Origin: Chloroflexota bacterium
Lineage (GTDB): Bacteria > Chloroflexota > Anaerolineae > UBA7937 > B3-Chlor
Assembly: GCA_030613785.1 (NCBI GenBank)
Contig: JAUWLF010000007.1
Coordinates: 4,191 to 68,190, forward strand
Reading direction: 5' to 3'
DNA: 64,000 nucleotides
A program made the translations under genes and the position numbers. Below, in pieces: positions 29,569 through 38,568 of this stretch; positions within the stretch are counted from its first letter, which is position 1; every line of letters starts with the position of its first letter. A model generated the notes under the pieces. The model saw only the letters and a list, made by a program, of their open reading frames with translations. It was not told where the DNA came from and did no database searches.

Positions 29569-30714
29569 ATGGATTTCGATTTCACTCCTGAACAAGAGCT
29601 TTTCCGTCAGAGCGTGAGGGAGTTCGCCGACAGATATGTCCGTCCACGCATCAAGGAAATGGAGGAGAAGGGGGACGTTCCCCAAGGTCTAATGCAGCAG
29701 ATGGCCGAGCAAGGTTTCTACGGCATCCGCTATGCAGAGGAGTGGGGTGGACAGGGTGGGGACAATGTCATGTTCGCTATCCTCAACGAGGAACTGGCAC
29801 GCTGCTACATGAGTGTGGCAGCCAGGTGCATGATGCAATGCCTCATGGGCACCGAGTTCATCAACCTCTATGGCACCGAGGAGCAGAAGCGGAACTTCCT
29901 CGTCCCGGCCATCAGGGGGGAGAAGTACGGTACGCTGGCCATCACTGAACCGGCTGGCGGAACAGACCTGGGGGCCATGCAGACGCTTGCCGTGCGGGAC
30001 GGCGATGAGTACGTCATCAACGGCCAGAAGACCTGGATTACCGGCGCACATGTGGTCGACTTTTTCACCATAGCCGCCAAGACCGACCCTGAAGCAGGGT
30101 TCAGGGGTGTGGACATGTTTCTCGTGGACAGGCACACCCCGGGCGTAAGAGTGGGTGATCGAATCGAGAAGCTGATCGCGTTCGCTTCGGGGTGTTATGA
30201 GCTGTTCTTCGACGATGTGCGGATTCCGGCGGATCGGCTGTTCGGAGGAGAGGAGGGCGAGGGTTTCGCGCTGCTACGCAGTATCCTGAACGATATTCGC
30301 GTCCACACCGCTGCTCTAGGCTTGGGGATAGCCCGAGCTGCCTACGAGGAATCGGTGGAGTACGCAAAGCAGCGTGTGGCCTACGGACGCCCCATCATCA
30401 AGTGGCAGGCCATACAGCACAAGCTGGCTAGGATGAGGATTGACATAGACGCGGCCAAGCTGATGATCTACTGCGCTGCCTGGCGAATGGATCAGGGCTT
30501 TCCGGTCAATGTCGAGGCTGCCACCGCCAAGTGGTTCATCACGGAGGCGGTGTTGAGGATTGTTGATGATGCCACTCGCATTTTCGGGGCCTATGGTGCC
30601 TCAATGGACATGAACGCCCAGAGGTACTTGCGTGACGCGCGGTGGCTTCTCTACGGTGGCGGGACGCAGACGATGATTCTCAACATCATCGGCATTGAGA
30701 TAGGCAAGGAGTAG
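29569..30714 (+). CDS. Acyl-CoA dehydrogenase family protein 2, paralog of the previous gene
   Basis: AITEPAGGTD, GQKTWIT and YGGGTQ; shares GGDNVMFA, MQCLMGT and KTDPEAGFRG with protein 1. Confidence 0.9.
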   Translation: MDFDFTPEQELFRQSVREFADRYVRPRIKEMEEKGDVPQGLMQQMAEQGFYGIRYAEEWGGQGGDNVMFAILNEELARCYMSVAARCMMQCLMGTEFINLYGTEEQKRNFLVPAIRGEKYGTLAITEPAGGTDLGAMQTLAVRDGDEYVINGQKTWITGAHVVDFFTIAAKTDPEAGFRGVDMFLVDRHTPGVRVGDRIEKLIAFASGCYELFFDDVRIPADRLFGGEEGEGFALLRSILNDIRVHTAALGLGIARAAYEESVEYAKQRVAYGRPIIKWQAIQHKLARMRIDIDAAKLMIYCAAWRMDQGFPVNVEAATAKWFITEAVLRIVDDATRIFGAYGASMDMNAQRYLRDARWLLYGGGTQTMILNIIGIEIGKE

Positions 30715-30729
30715 CAGACGGAGGGAAAG

Positions 30730-31719
30730 ATGGGGCTGCCCAAGTTCGAACATCTGCAACCGGAGTCGTTGGACGAGGCCCTGGGAGTGCTCTCTGAACA
30801 TGGGGAGCAGGCCAAGATCATCGCTGGTGGAACTGAGCTTCTGGTGTCCATGAAGCAGGGCTTGCTGACTCCGAACTATCTGGTGAACCTGAAGGCGATT
30901 CCCGAGCTAAGCTTCATCGCGTACGATGAAGAGAGAGGGCTGCGCATCGGCGCACTCACCAAGTTGACCACACTGACGAGTTCCCAGGTGATACAGGACG
31001 GTTTCTCGATCTTGGCGCAGACGGCCAATTTGGTGGCTGCTCCTCCTCTTCAGAACATGGGTACCCTGGGGGGTAATCTCTGCCTCAATACGAGGTGCTT
31101 CTACTACAATCAGTCACAGTTCTGGAGGCAAGCTCGACCCCGCTGCTATAAGACCGGCGGGGATCTGTGTCACGTGGTGAAGGGTGGAAACCGGTGTTTC
31201 GCGACGTACCAGGGGGACATGGCTCCAGCTCTGATCGCCCTCGAAGCCACCGTCAAGATAGCGAAGAGGGGCGGCGAGCGAGTCATCCCGCTGGCTGACC
31301 TCTACACTGGAAAGGGGAAGCGACCTCTGGCCCTGAAGGCCAACGAAATGCTGGTTGAAGTGCAGGTGCCTATGTCAGCCTCTGCGTGGTCCGGCGAATA
31401 CCAGAAGCTCCGCTACCGTGGGGCGATGGATTTCCCACTGGCGGGGGTAGCCGCTGTTGTCGGAAGAGATGGTTCTGAAACCTGCTCCAAGGCTGGCGTG
31501 GTGCTGACCGCTGTCGGCACAGGCCCCATCCTCGTGGAGGAAGCCAGCGTGCTTCTTGAAGGGCAGGGGGTAACCGACGAACGGGTGGCCCAGGTCGCAA
31601 GCGCGGCCCACGAGGTGGCTCGTCCTGTGGACAACATTGGCAGCGACCCCTCATACAGGAGGAAGATGGTTCGCGTTCTCACGAAGAGGGCCCTAGTGAA
31701 TGCGTGGGAAAGGGAATGA
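30730..31719 (+). CDS. Mo enzyme 2, FAD subunit with [4Fe-4S] insertion (HcrB-like)
   Basis: GGNLCLNTRCFYYNQSQFWRQ...CYK.GG..CHV....RC insertion typical of the 4-hydroxybenzoyl-CoA reductase beta subunit. Confidence 0.88.
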   Translation: MGLPKFEHLQPESLDEALGVLSEHGEQAKIIAGGTELLVSMKQGLLTPNYLVNLKAIPELSFIAYDEERGLRIGALTKLTTLTSSQVIQDGFSILAQTANLVAAPPLQNMGTLGGNLCLNTRCFYYNQSQFWRQARPRCYKTGGDLCHVVKGGNRCFATYQGDMAPALIALEATVKIAKRGGERVIPLADLYTGKGKRPLALKANEMLVEVQVPMSASAWSGEYQKLRYRGAMDFPLAGVAAVVGRDGSETCSKAGVVLTAVGTGPILVEEASVLLEGQGVTDERVAQVASAAHEVARPVDNIGSDPSYRRKMVRVLTKRALVNAWERE

Positions 31720-31722
31720 GTC

Positions 31723-32190
31723 ATGGAAAAGCAGCTTATCCAGTTGACCGTGAACGGTGAGGATCATGATGTCGTCGTTACACCCAACCAGACGCTGGTT
31801 GATGTGCTACGGGAGGATCTAGAGCTGACTGGGACCAAGGTGGGATGCGACGAGGGGGCCTGCGGAACCTGCACCGTGCTCATGGATGGAAAGCCCGTGC
31901 GTTCCTGCCTCACTCTCGCTGTCGAAGCACAGGGGAAGTCGATCGAGACCATCGAGGGGCTGGCTTCAGGTGGAGAGTTGCATCCTGTGCAGAAGGCCTT
32001 CATTGAACACGGGGCCATCCAGTGTGGCTTCTGCACTCCGGCCATGATCCTGACCAGCAAGGCGTTTCTTGAGCAGAACCCCCATCCCACAGAGGAGGAA
32101 GTGAGACGCGCCATCTCGGGTGTGGTGTGTCGCTGTACTGGATACGCCAAGATCGTGGAAGCAATCATGGCGGCAGCGGGAGAGTCTTAG
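31723..32190 (+). CDS. Mo enzyme 2, 2x[2Fe-2S] subunit (HcrC-like)
   Basis: GCDEGACGTC, QCGFCTP and CRCTGY. Confidence 0.92.
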   Translation: MEKQLIQLTVNGEDHDVVVTPNQTLVDVLREDLELTGTKVGCDEGACGTCTVLMDGKPVRSCLTLAVEAQGKSIETIEGLASGGELHPVQKAFIEHGAIQCGFCTPAMILTSKAFLEQNPHPTEEEVRRAISGVVCRCTGYAKIVEAIMAAAGES

Positions 32191-32207
32191 AAAGGAAGGA
32201 CGGCACC

Positions 32208-34487
32208 ATGGCAGAGCATACTCTTGTCGGCCAGCGGGTGGTGAGGATCGATTCCCGGGCCAAGGCGACCGGGCAGGCTCGCTACACGGCGGACTTGACC
32301 CTTCCCCGCATGCTATGTGGCAAGGTGCTGAGGAGCCCGCACGCTCATGCCAGGATCCTTAACATCGATACCAGCAAGGCCGAGAGACTTCGCGGTGTGA
32401 GGGCAATTGTGACCGGGAAGGACGCGGCAGGAGTGAAATGGGGGGTGTTCGGTTATACTCGCGATCAAGAGCTTCTGACTCGCGACAAGGTTCGGTACAT
32501 CGGAGAAGACGTGGCAGCAGTGGCGGCCGAGGACGAGGACACCGCTGTGGAGGCCTTGAAGCTGATCGAGGTGGAGTATGAGGTCCTGCCCGCCGTCTTC
32601 GACCCCCTTGAGGCCACACAGGAAGGTGCACCCCAGATCCACGATCACGCCGAAAACAACATCAATATCCATGTGCCCATTGAAATAGGGGACGTTGATA
32701 AGGCGTTCAGGGACGCGTACTACGTGAGAGAGGACCGCTTTGTCAATACCGAATACGGCTACTGTCAGACTGAGCCGTACGCTGTACTAGCCAGCTACGA
32801 CTCGGACGGCAACTTGGAGATATGGACACCCAACGCCTCTCCACACACCAAGGCCAAGGCACTGTCGAATCTGTTGCAGAAACCTCTGAGCAAGGTCAAA
32901 GTGCGAAAGGTCTATACAGGCGGGGCCTTCGGCGGTCGCTCGGATATCTTCCCTGGCGAGTTTATCGCCGCCCTCTTGACCATGAAAGCTCGCAGACCGG
33001 TGAAGTTGGTCTACACGAGAGAGGAGAGCTTCACTAGCGTGAGACAGGTGCACTCCATGGTCGTGGACCTGAAGACAGGTGTGGCCGAGGACGGGAGGCT
33101 TCTGGCCAACGAGATCAAGGTCGTCATGGACGGAGGGGCATACAGCAGCACAGGACCGATCGCCACCTCGGTGCCCTTCCTCGTCTGGGAGGAGACGTAT
33201 CGTCTACCCAATGTCCGCTTCAACGGGTACCGCGTGTATACTAACAAGCCCGTTCGAGGGATGTACCGCTGTCACGGGCGAGCCTTTCTCGGGGGGCTGG
33301 GGATGCAGTTGGACATGATCGCTGAGGAGTTGGGCATTGATCCGGTAGAGATGCGTCTGAGGAACGCCCTCACTACCGGAGACACCCAGGCCACGGGTTC
33401 GAAGATCATCAGTTGCGGCCTCAGCGAGGCGATGGAACAAGCGGCTGAGGAATCCGGGTGGAAGCACAAGCGGGGAAAGCTGCCCCATGGCAAGGGGATC
33501 GGCATGGGTGCTAACGGCATGATGGTGGGGTTTCCGATGGGCATACGCGGTGGTTCGTCGGCCATGATCAAGTTCAACGAGGATGCGGGAGCCACACTCA
33601 TCTCAGGGGTGGTGGACAACGGCCAGGGCAACGAGAGCATGGTGGTGCAGGTCGCGGCTGACGTGCTTGGTTTGAAGATGGAGGACATCAACCTAGTATG
33701 CTCGGATTCGGAGATTACTCCTCTGGATCAGGGCGCGTACTCCCAAGCCGCCGCTTTTGTCTCCGCGAATGCGGCCATGGGGGCGGCTATAGACTCTAGA
33801 GAGCAGATTCTGGAGATCGCCTCTGAGATGCTGGACGCAACCGTTGACGAGTTGGACCTCAGAGATGGCTACGTCTTCGTGAAGGAAAGACCCGAGCGGA
33901 ACATGTGGATGGGCAAGGCCATTCGCAAAGCGCTGATCGAGGATACCCCGATCATGGGCCGAGGCTCGTACATGCCCAAGGTCGATCAGAGGCGGGAGTG
34001 GGTCAGTAACCCCCGAGGACAGCACGCTGGCACCTTCAGCTTTGGAGCTGTCATCGCAGAGGTGGAGGTGGACACTGAGACCGGACAGGTGAGAGTGACC
34101 AACGTCACTGGTGCCCATGACTGCGGTTTCGCCATCAATCCCATGGCTGTAGAGGGGCAACTGGAGGGTTCCGTTGCTTCAGGAGGAGTGGGGGCGACGT
34201 TGCTCGAGGAGCACTCCTGGGACGGCGGACAGATGCTGAACGCCAACATGCTGGAGTACAAGGTACCTCTCTCCGTGGATATGCCTCAGATCACGCCTAT
34301 CATTGTGGAAACGATCGACCCCGAGGGCCCATTTGGGGCCAAGGAAGCCGGCTTATGGGGTTCCATGAACATGTTCCAGGCCATCGGCAACGCCATCTAC
34401 GATGCCGTGGGCGTCTGGATCAAGGAGTTTCCCATCACTCCGGACAAGGTGCTCGCTGCGCTTGAGGAGAAGGACAAGGACCGATGA
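32208..34487 (+). CDS. Mo enzyme 2, molybdopterin-binding subunit (HcrA-like, atypical active site)
   Basis: GW..KRGKLP.GKG, SDSEITPLDQGAYS and GPFGAKEAG resemble HcrA; active-site loop MYRCHG. Confidence 0.85.
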   Translation: MAEHTLVGQRVVRIDSRAKATGQARYTADLTLPRMLCGKVLRSPHAHARILNIDTSKAERLRGVRAIVTGKDAAGVKWGVFGYTRDQELLTRDKVRYIGEDVAAVAAEDEDTAVEALKLIEVEYEVLPAVFDPLEATQEGAPQIHDHAENNINIHVPIEIGDVDKAFRDAYYVREDRFVNTEYGYCQTEPYAVLASYDSDGNLEIWTPNASPHTKAKALSNLLQKPLSKVKVRKVYTGGAFGGRSDIFPGEFIAALLTMKARRPVKLVYTREESFTSVRQVHSMVVDLKTGVAEDGRLLANEIKVVMDGGAYSSTGPIATSVPFLVWEETYRLPNVRFNGYRVYTNKPVRGMYRCHGRAFLGGLGMQLDMIAEELGIDPVEMRLRNALTTGDTQATGSKIISCGLSEAMEQAAEESGWKHKRGKLPHGKGIGMGANGMMVGFPMGIRGGSSAMIKFNEDAGATLISGVVDNGQGNESMVVQVAADVLGLKMEDINLVCSDSEITPLDQGAYSQAAAFVSANAAMGAAIDSREQILEIASEMLDATVDELDLRDGYVFVKERPERNMWMGKAIRKALIEDTPIMGRGSYMPKVDQRREWVSNPRGQHAGTFSFGAVIAEVEVDTETGQVRVTNVTGAHDCGFAINPMAVEGQLEGSVASGGVGATLLEEHSWDGGQMLNANMLEYKVPLSVDMPQITPIIVETIDPEGPFGAKEAGLWGSMNMFQAIGNAIYDAVGVWIKEFPITPDKVLAALEEKDKDR

Positions 34488-34927
34488 AACTTCGGGCCAT
34501 AGATCATCTGTGCATCGCGGTCAAGGACTTGGAGAAAGCGCGCCGCGCGTATGAAGAGGACCTGGGGCTGGAGTTGCACAGCCTCTACGAGGCGGAGAGC
34601 GAGAAGATCAAGGTAGCGCGCTACTATCTAGGAGACGTGGCTTTGGAGTTGATCCAGGCCACTTCTTCGGACAGCGAGGTGGCCAAGTTCCTCCGGAAGC
34701 GCGGTGAGGGTTTCTTCCTGATCTCGTACCGAGTGGATGACGTAGAGGACGCCCTGGCCGAGTTGAAAGCAAAGAGAGTGAAGACGATTGACCAACGGCC
34801 CCGTCGCGTGAAGGGCAACCGATATGCCTTCATCCACTATCCCGCAGAACTCGCCGGAGTGCTCACGGAAGTGCTGGACGGGGAATTCAAGTGCGACGAG
34901 GAGGACAATGCAGAAGAGGCCGGTTAG
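34484..34927 (+). CDS. VOC-family methylmalonyl-CoA epimerase-like protein
   Basis: IDHLCIAV, LELIQ, KFLRKRGEG and GVLTE; adjacent to the mutase B12 subunit. Confidence 0.82.
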   Translation: MKLRAIDHLCIAVKDLEKARRAYEEDLGLELHSLYEAESEKIKVARYYLGDVALELIQATSSDSEVAKFLRKRGEGFFLISYRVDDVEDALAELKAKRVKTIDQRPRRVKGNRYAFIHYPAELAGVLTEVLDGEFKCDEEDNAEEAG

Positions 34928-35306
34928 GGTGTTGGTGGCGAAGCCAGGTCTGGATGGTCACGATCGAGGGGCCAAGGTCGTTGCCCACGCCTTGCGTGAC
35001 GCTGGCATGGAGATCATCTACACGGGCCTGCACCAGACGGTGGAGCAGATCGTGGAGGCAGCGCTGCAAGAAGATGTGGATGTGCTCGGCCTTTCCGTCC
35101 TATCGGGAGCTCATCTGCCTTTGACCGAGAAGCTCATGGGGCTGCTGAGTGAGAAGGGCTTGGACGATCTAGTGGTTATCGTGGGGGGCAACATCCCCCG
35201 TGGGGACATACAGAAGCTGGAGGCCTTGGGAGTGGACCGGGTGTTCCGTACCGGTTCACGCTTCGATGACATGGTTAGCTTCATTGAGGAGAGTGTCGGC
35301 GAGTGA
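34908..35306 (+). CDS. Cobalamin-binding small subunit of acyl-CoA mutase
   Basis: KPGLDGHDRG (DxHxxG), LSVLSGAH and VGGNIP. Confidence 0.95.
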   Translation: MQKRPVRVLVAKPGLDGHDRGAKVVAHALRDAGMEIIYTGLHQTVEQIVEAALQEDVDVLGLSVLSGAHLPLTEKLMGLLSEKGLDDLVVIVGGNIPRGDIQKLEALGVDRVFRTGSRFDDMVSFIEESVGE

Positions 35307-35360
35307 CGCACCGACAGGGACGCGTCATGCTCTGCATGTCTTCCGCAGCACCTTGTCAGA

Positions 35361-36506
35361 TCAACGATTTCGCGCACGTGGGTTCTCACCGATCAGTTTC
35401 GCACCGCGAAGCTGGTCAGAGAAGAGCCTCTTGAGCGGCAAGGTGAAGCGGAAGGTGCTTCCTTTGCCCACCTCGCTTTCCACCTCGATCTGTCCTCCGT
35501 GCTCCATGACAATGGCCTGGGCGATGTGTAATCCTAGACCGGCGCCCGTTATGGCTTGACCAGCCACGTTCTCCCCACGGTGAAAGCGACTGAATAGATG
35601 AGGCATGTCAGCGGATGGTATGCCTATCCCCGTATCTATCACCTCGACCTGCACCTCGTACGGTTGTCTGGACTGGACTCGGACGGTGATCTGACCCCCG
35701 CTAGGCGTGAACTTCACGGCGTTGTTGAGCAGATTGTCCATTACTTGCTCTAGACGTTCAGGATCGCCTTTGATGATTGGTAGAGGCGGGCCCATCTCTA
35801 GCTCCAGGGCGATCTCCTTCGATTCAGCCAAGTGACGCGCAGATCTGACCGCTCTGGCAACCACCTCTTCCAGGCGTATCCGCTGGATCCGCAAATCGAG
35901 GTCCCCCGCCTCGATCCTCGACACATCCAAGATATCGTTGACCATTCCCAGGAGCCTGTGGCTGCTCTCCAGCATGATCTCGAGGAACTCCCGTTGCGTG
36001 GGTGTTAGCTCACCAGGTTCCTCCCCCAGAAGCAGTTCCACGAAACCCATGATCGACGCCAGAGGTGTGCGCAACTCGTGGAAGACGGAGGCCAGAAACT
36101 CCGATTTCATCCGTTCCAATCGCTTCCGTTCGCGGATGTCGCGAGCGATGATCTGTCCGCCCACGATCCTGCCTTGGTGTTTGAGAACGCTCAGCCTGAC
36201 GCCCAAGGGGACTAGTTCCGCTTCCTTGGTCACGATCTCGATCTCGTGAATGTCGTGATACCGCCCGTCTCGCTCGCCCCCTCTCAGGAGACCAGACATC
36301 AGATCCCAGTATCCAGGATGTACCAGAGTGGTGAAATGCTGGCCAAGCAAGTCCTGCCTTTCATATCCCGAGATGAGTTCGGCCATCCGGTTGACAAGGG
36401 TGAACCGACCCTCCAGGTTCACGTTGACGATAGCGTCGCCAGCGTGCTCTATCTGGTACGCCAGCTCTTGCTCCTTCTCGGCGATCTCCAACCTGTTCAT
36501 AGCCAT
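35361..36506 (-). CDS. Cytoplasmic PAS-domain sensor histidine kinase
   Basis: PAS domain, HELRTPL H-box, NLLNNAVKF, DTGIGI and GAGLGL. Confidence 0.92.
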   Translation of the reverse strand: MAMNRLEIAEKEQELAYQIEHAGDAIVNVNLEGRFTLVNRMAELISGYERQDLLGQHFTTLVHPGYWDLMSGLLRGGERDGRYHDIHEIEIVTKEAELVPLGVRLSVLKHQGRIVGGQIIARDIRERKRLERMKSEFLASVFHELRTPLASIMGFVELLLGEEPGELTPTQREFLEIMLESSHRLLGMVNDILDVSRIEAGDLDLRIQRIRLEEVVARAVRSARHLAESKEIALELEMGPPLPIIKGDPERLEQVMDNLLNNAVKFTPSGGQITVRVQSRQPYEVQVEVIDTGIGIPSADMPHLFSRFHRGENVAGQAITGAGLGLHIAQAIVMEHGGQIEVESEVGKGSTFRFTLPLKRLFSDQLRGAKLIGENPRARNR

Positions 36507-36636
36507 GTCTTCCTGCCCCTCTGAGCGCTAGTCTGTATGAGCGCCCCAATGATTGGCCGGAGAAGGCGTGTCCCACAGACGCCACCGCTTTCATGCGGGC
36601 TGCCAAAGGGAGCACGTGATTCTGGCCCCGACTGGT

Positions 36637-36692
36637 ATTCTACAACGGGCAGATTAAGACGCCATAGAGAACCCATTAAGATCGCATTAAAA
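36637..36692 (-). promoter_or_regulatory. -10 box with four 11-bp-periodic direct repeats (OmpR/PhoB-type binding array)
   Basis: Plus-strand ATTAAGA/ATAGAGA/ATTAAGA/ATTAAAA at 36653, 36664, 36675 and 36686; TAGAAT on the minus strand at 36637-36642. Confidence 0.6.
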
Positions 36693-37128
36693 CGTGTCTC
36701 TTGACCAGTCCAATGCGCAGGAATTGGGGATGGGCATCCGACTTCCGCGTGTGTTCGCGTTCGGATCACCCTTGTCGCTGGTGACGGGGTTCGCTGGCTG
36801 GCCAAGTGCGCGCACCAGGGACCGCGTCAGCGGGTCAAGTATGCTGTCGTCATGGTGAAGATTAGTTAGATGGAAGCGGAACGGTCAGACCCCGAAGCAG
36901 GCGGCACTGCTCTGAGGCGGGGAGATGGTCCACCGAGAAGCCTCATGACTGCCTGCCCAGCCGACGGCGGAGGGCAGTCAGGCGGCAAGGGCCAAGCCCG
37001 TGTGGCGTTGCGAAACGGAGCAAACAGGAGATGCGGCACATGCGGCGGAGGATAGGAGCCGGAGTGCGGGGCCGAAGGCTGCCGTGCGTTTTGAGGCCAC
37101 TAGCCGTGGTGCCTCGCAGAGACGTGCT

Positions 37129-37827
37129 CTAGATGGCCTTCTCGAAGCGGTATCCTGCACCCAGTTCGGTCAATATGTACTTGGGGTTCTTGGGGTCTTC
37201 TTCCAACTTCTGGCGCAGATGCCAGACGTACACCCGCACGTAGTCCAGTTCATTCTGATATTCCCAGCCCCACACGTTCTCCAGGATTTGCTGGAAGGTG
37301 AGGACCTGGCCTGCGTTCTGCACCAGGTAGGCCAGCAGCCGGTATTCCGTCGGCGTCAGCTTCACAGGATCACCGTTGACGGTTATGCGGCGCTCTTTGA
37401 GATCCACAGTCAGGTATTCATCCCGGTAGGTAGTAGGTTCCCCGAAATCTGGGGGAGGCAGAGCGGCGCGGCGGAGGACCGCGCGAGCGTGGGCCAGTAG
37501 AACCTTGATGCTAAAGGGCTTGGTCATGTAGTCGTCAGCGCCATATTCGAGGCCGCGGATGATATCTTCGTCCTGCCCGCGTGCGGTGAGCATCAGAATG
37601 GGTACGTCGGAAACCTCTCTAATGCGGCGGCATGTTTCCCAGCCGTCCATGCCTGGCATCATGATGTCCAGTATGATGAGGTCTGGTCGGTGGGCATAGA
37701 ACTGGCGCAGCGCCTCCCGCCCATCGGCGGCGGTATACACCTCGTAGCCTTCTTTGGCAAAGGTGTACTCCATCAAGGGGAGCAGTGCAGGATCATCGTC
37801 AACGACCAGGACCGAGTATTCTTCCAT
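37129..37827 (-). CDS. OmpR/PhoB-family response regulator
   Basis: VLVVDDD, LDIMMP, GADDYMTKPF and winged helix LTPTEY...LRQKLE; promoter TTGCCC-17-TATGAT at 37871-37899. Confidence 0.95.
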   Translation of the reverse strand: MEEYSVLVVDDDPALLPLMEYTFAKEGYEVYTAADGREALRQFYAHRPDLIILDIMMPGMDGWETCRRIREVSDVPILMLTARGQDEDIIRGLEYGADDYMTKPFSIKVLLAHARAVLRRAALPPPDFGEPTTYRDEYLTVDLKERRITVNGDPVKLTPTEYRLLAYLVQNAGQVLTFQQILENVWGWEYQNELDYVRVYVWHLRQKLEEDPKNPKYILTELGAGYRFEKAI

Positions 37828-38170
37828 GCCCCATGCCTCACGAGTGTCGATCGCAGTGCATCTCTCAAACATCATACCATAACTAGTGGGTCAGGGCAAA
37901 AGGTGAAGCGATACATGCCGGTGCATAGCCGTCTCAACTCTGTACCGATGTGCCAAGGAGTCAGCCGAACGAGCAGATGGTAATCGAGATGTTACCCATC
38001 CTTTGGTAGAGATTCAAGACGCCCTTCAGGATGTTGGAGAAGTGGTCGCGATGTCCAGGCTCACCTACGTCCCCGACTTGCAGCAATCGGCGATTTGGGT
38101 ATAATTACGGTCGGCGATTCTGACGTCGCTGGAATGATCTAGGTGGAAACCAAAGAAAGGAGATTCAGAA

Positions 38171-38443
38171 ATGGCTTACATCATCGATCCGGAGGAGTGC
38201 ATCGCCTGCGCTGCTTGCGAGGAGGAATGCCCAAACGAGGCTATCAGCGAGGGGGATGAGGTCTACGTCATAGAGGCTGACAAGTGCACGGAGTGCGTTG
38301 GCTTCTTTGAGGAGTCGCAATGCGCACTGGTCTGCCCCGTGGATGCCTGCGTGCCTGACCCGGATCACGAAGAGAGCCACGACGACTTGGTGGCGAAGTT
38401 CAAGAAGGTGCATCCCGACAAGGAACCCAAGCTCTTCCAATAG
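38171..38443 (+). CDS. 2x[4Fe-4S] ferredoxin, Alvin/YfhL type
   Basis: CxxCxxCxxxCP and CxxC-x8-CxxxCP with C-terminal helix; AAGGAG SD; TATAAT at ~38100. Confidence 0.93.
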   Translation: MAYIIDPEECIACAACEEECPNEAISEGDEVYVIEADKCTECVGFFEESQCALVCPVDACVPDPDHEESHDDLVAKFKKVHPDKEPKLFQ

Positions 38444-38492
38444 ACACAGTGAGAGCTCTGAGGGATGTTGCCTTCGAAGGCCATCGCCAGCC

Positions 38493-38544
38493 AAAAGCCC
38501 GGGAGAGGGTTTCGTCTGAGTCTACCCTCACCCAGGCTTTTCTT
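38493..38544 (+). terminator. Rho-independent terminator after the ferredoxin
   Basis: AAAAGCC...GAGGGT-loop-ACCCTC...GGCTTTT. Confidence 0.6.
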
Positions 38545-38568
38545 ATCCCTGGTGAGTGTGTAAAGTAG

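Noticed and set aside
22311-34487. Aerobic CO dehydrogenase (coxMSL)
   Set aside because: Neither large subunit has the full AYxCSFR loop, there are no cox accessory genes, and the context is acyl-CoA catabolism.
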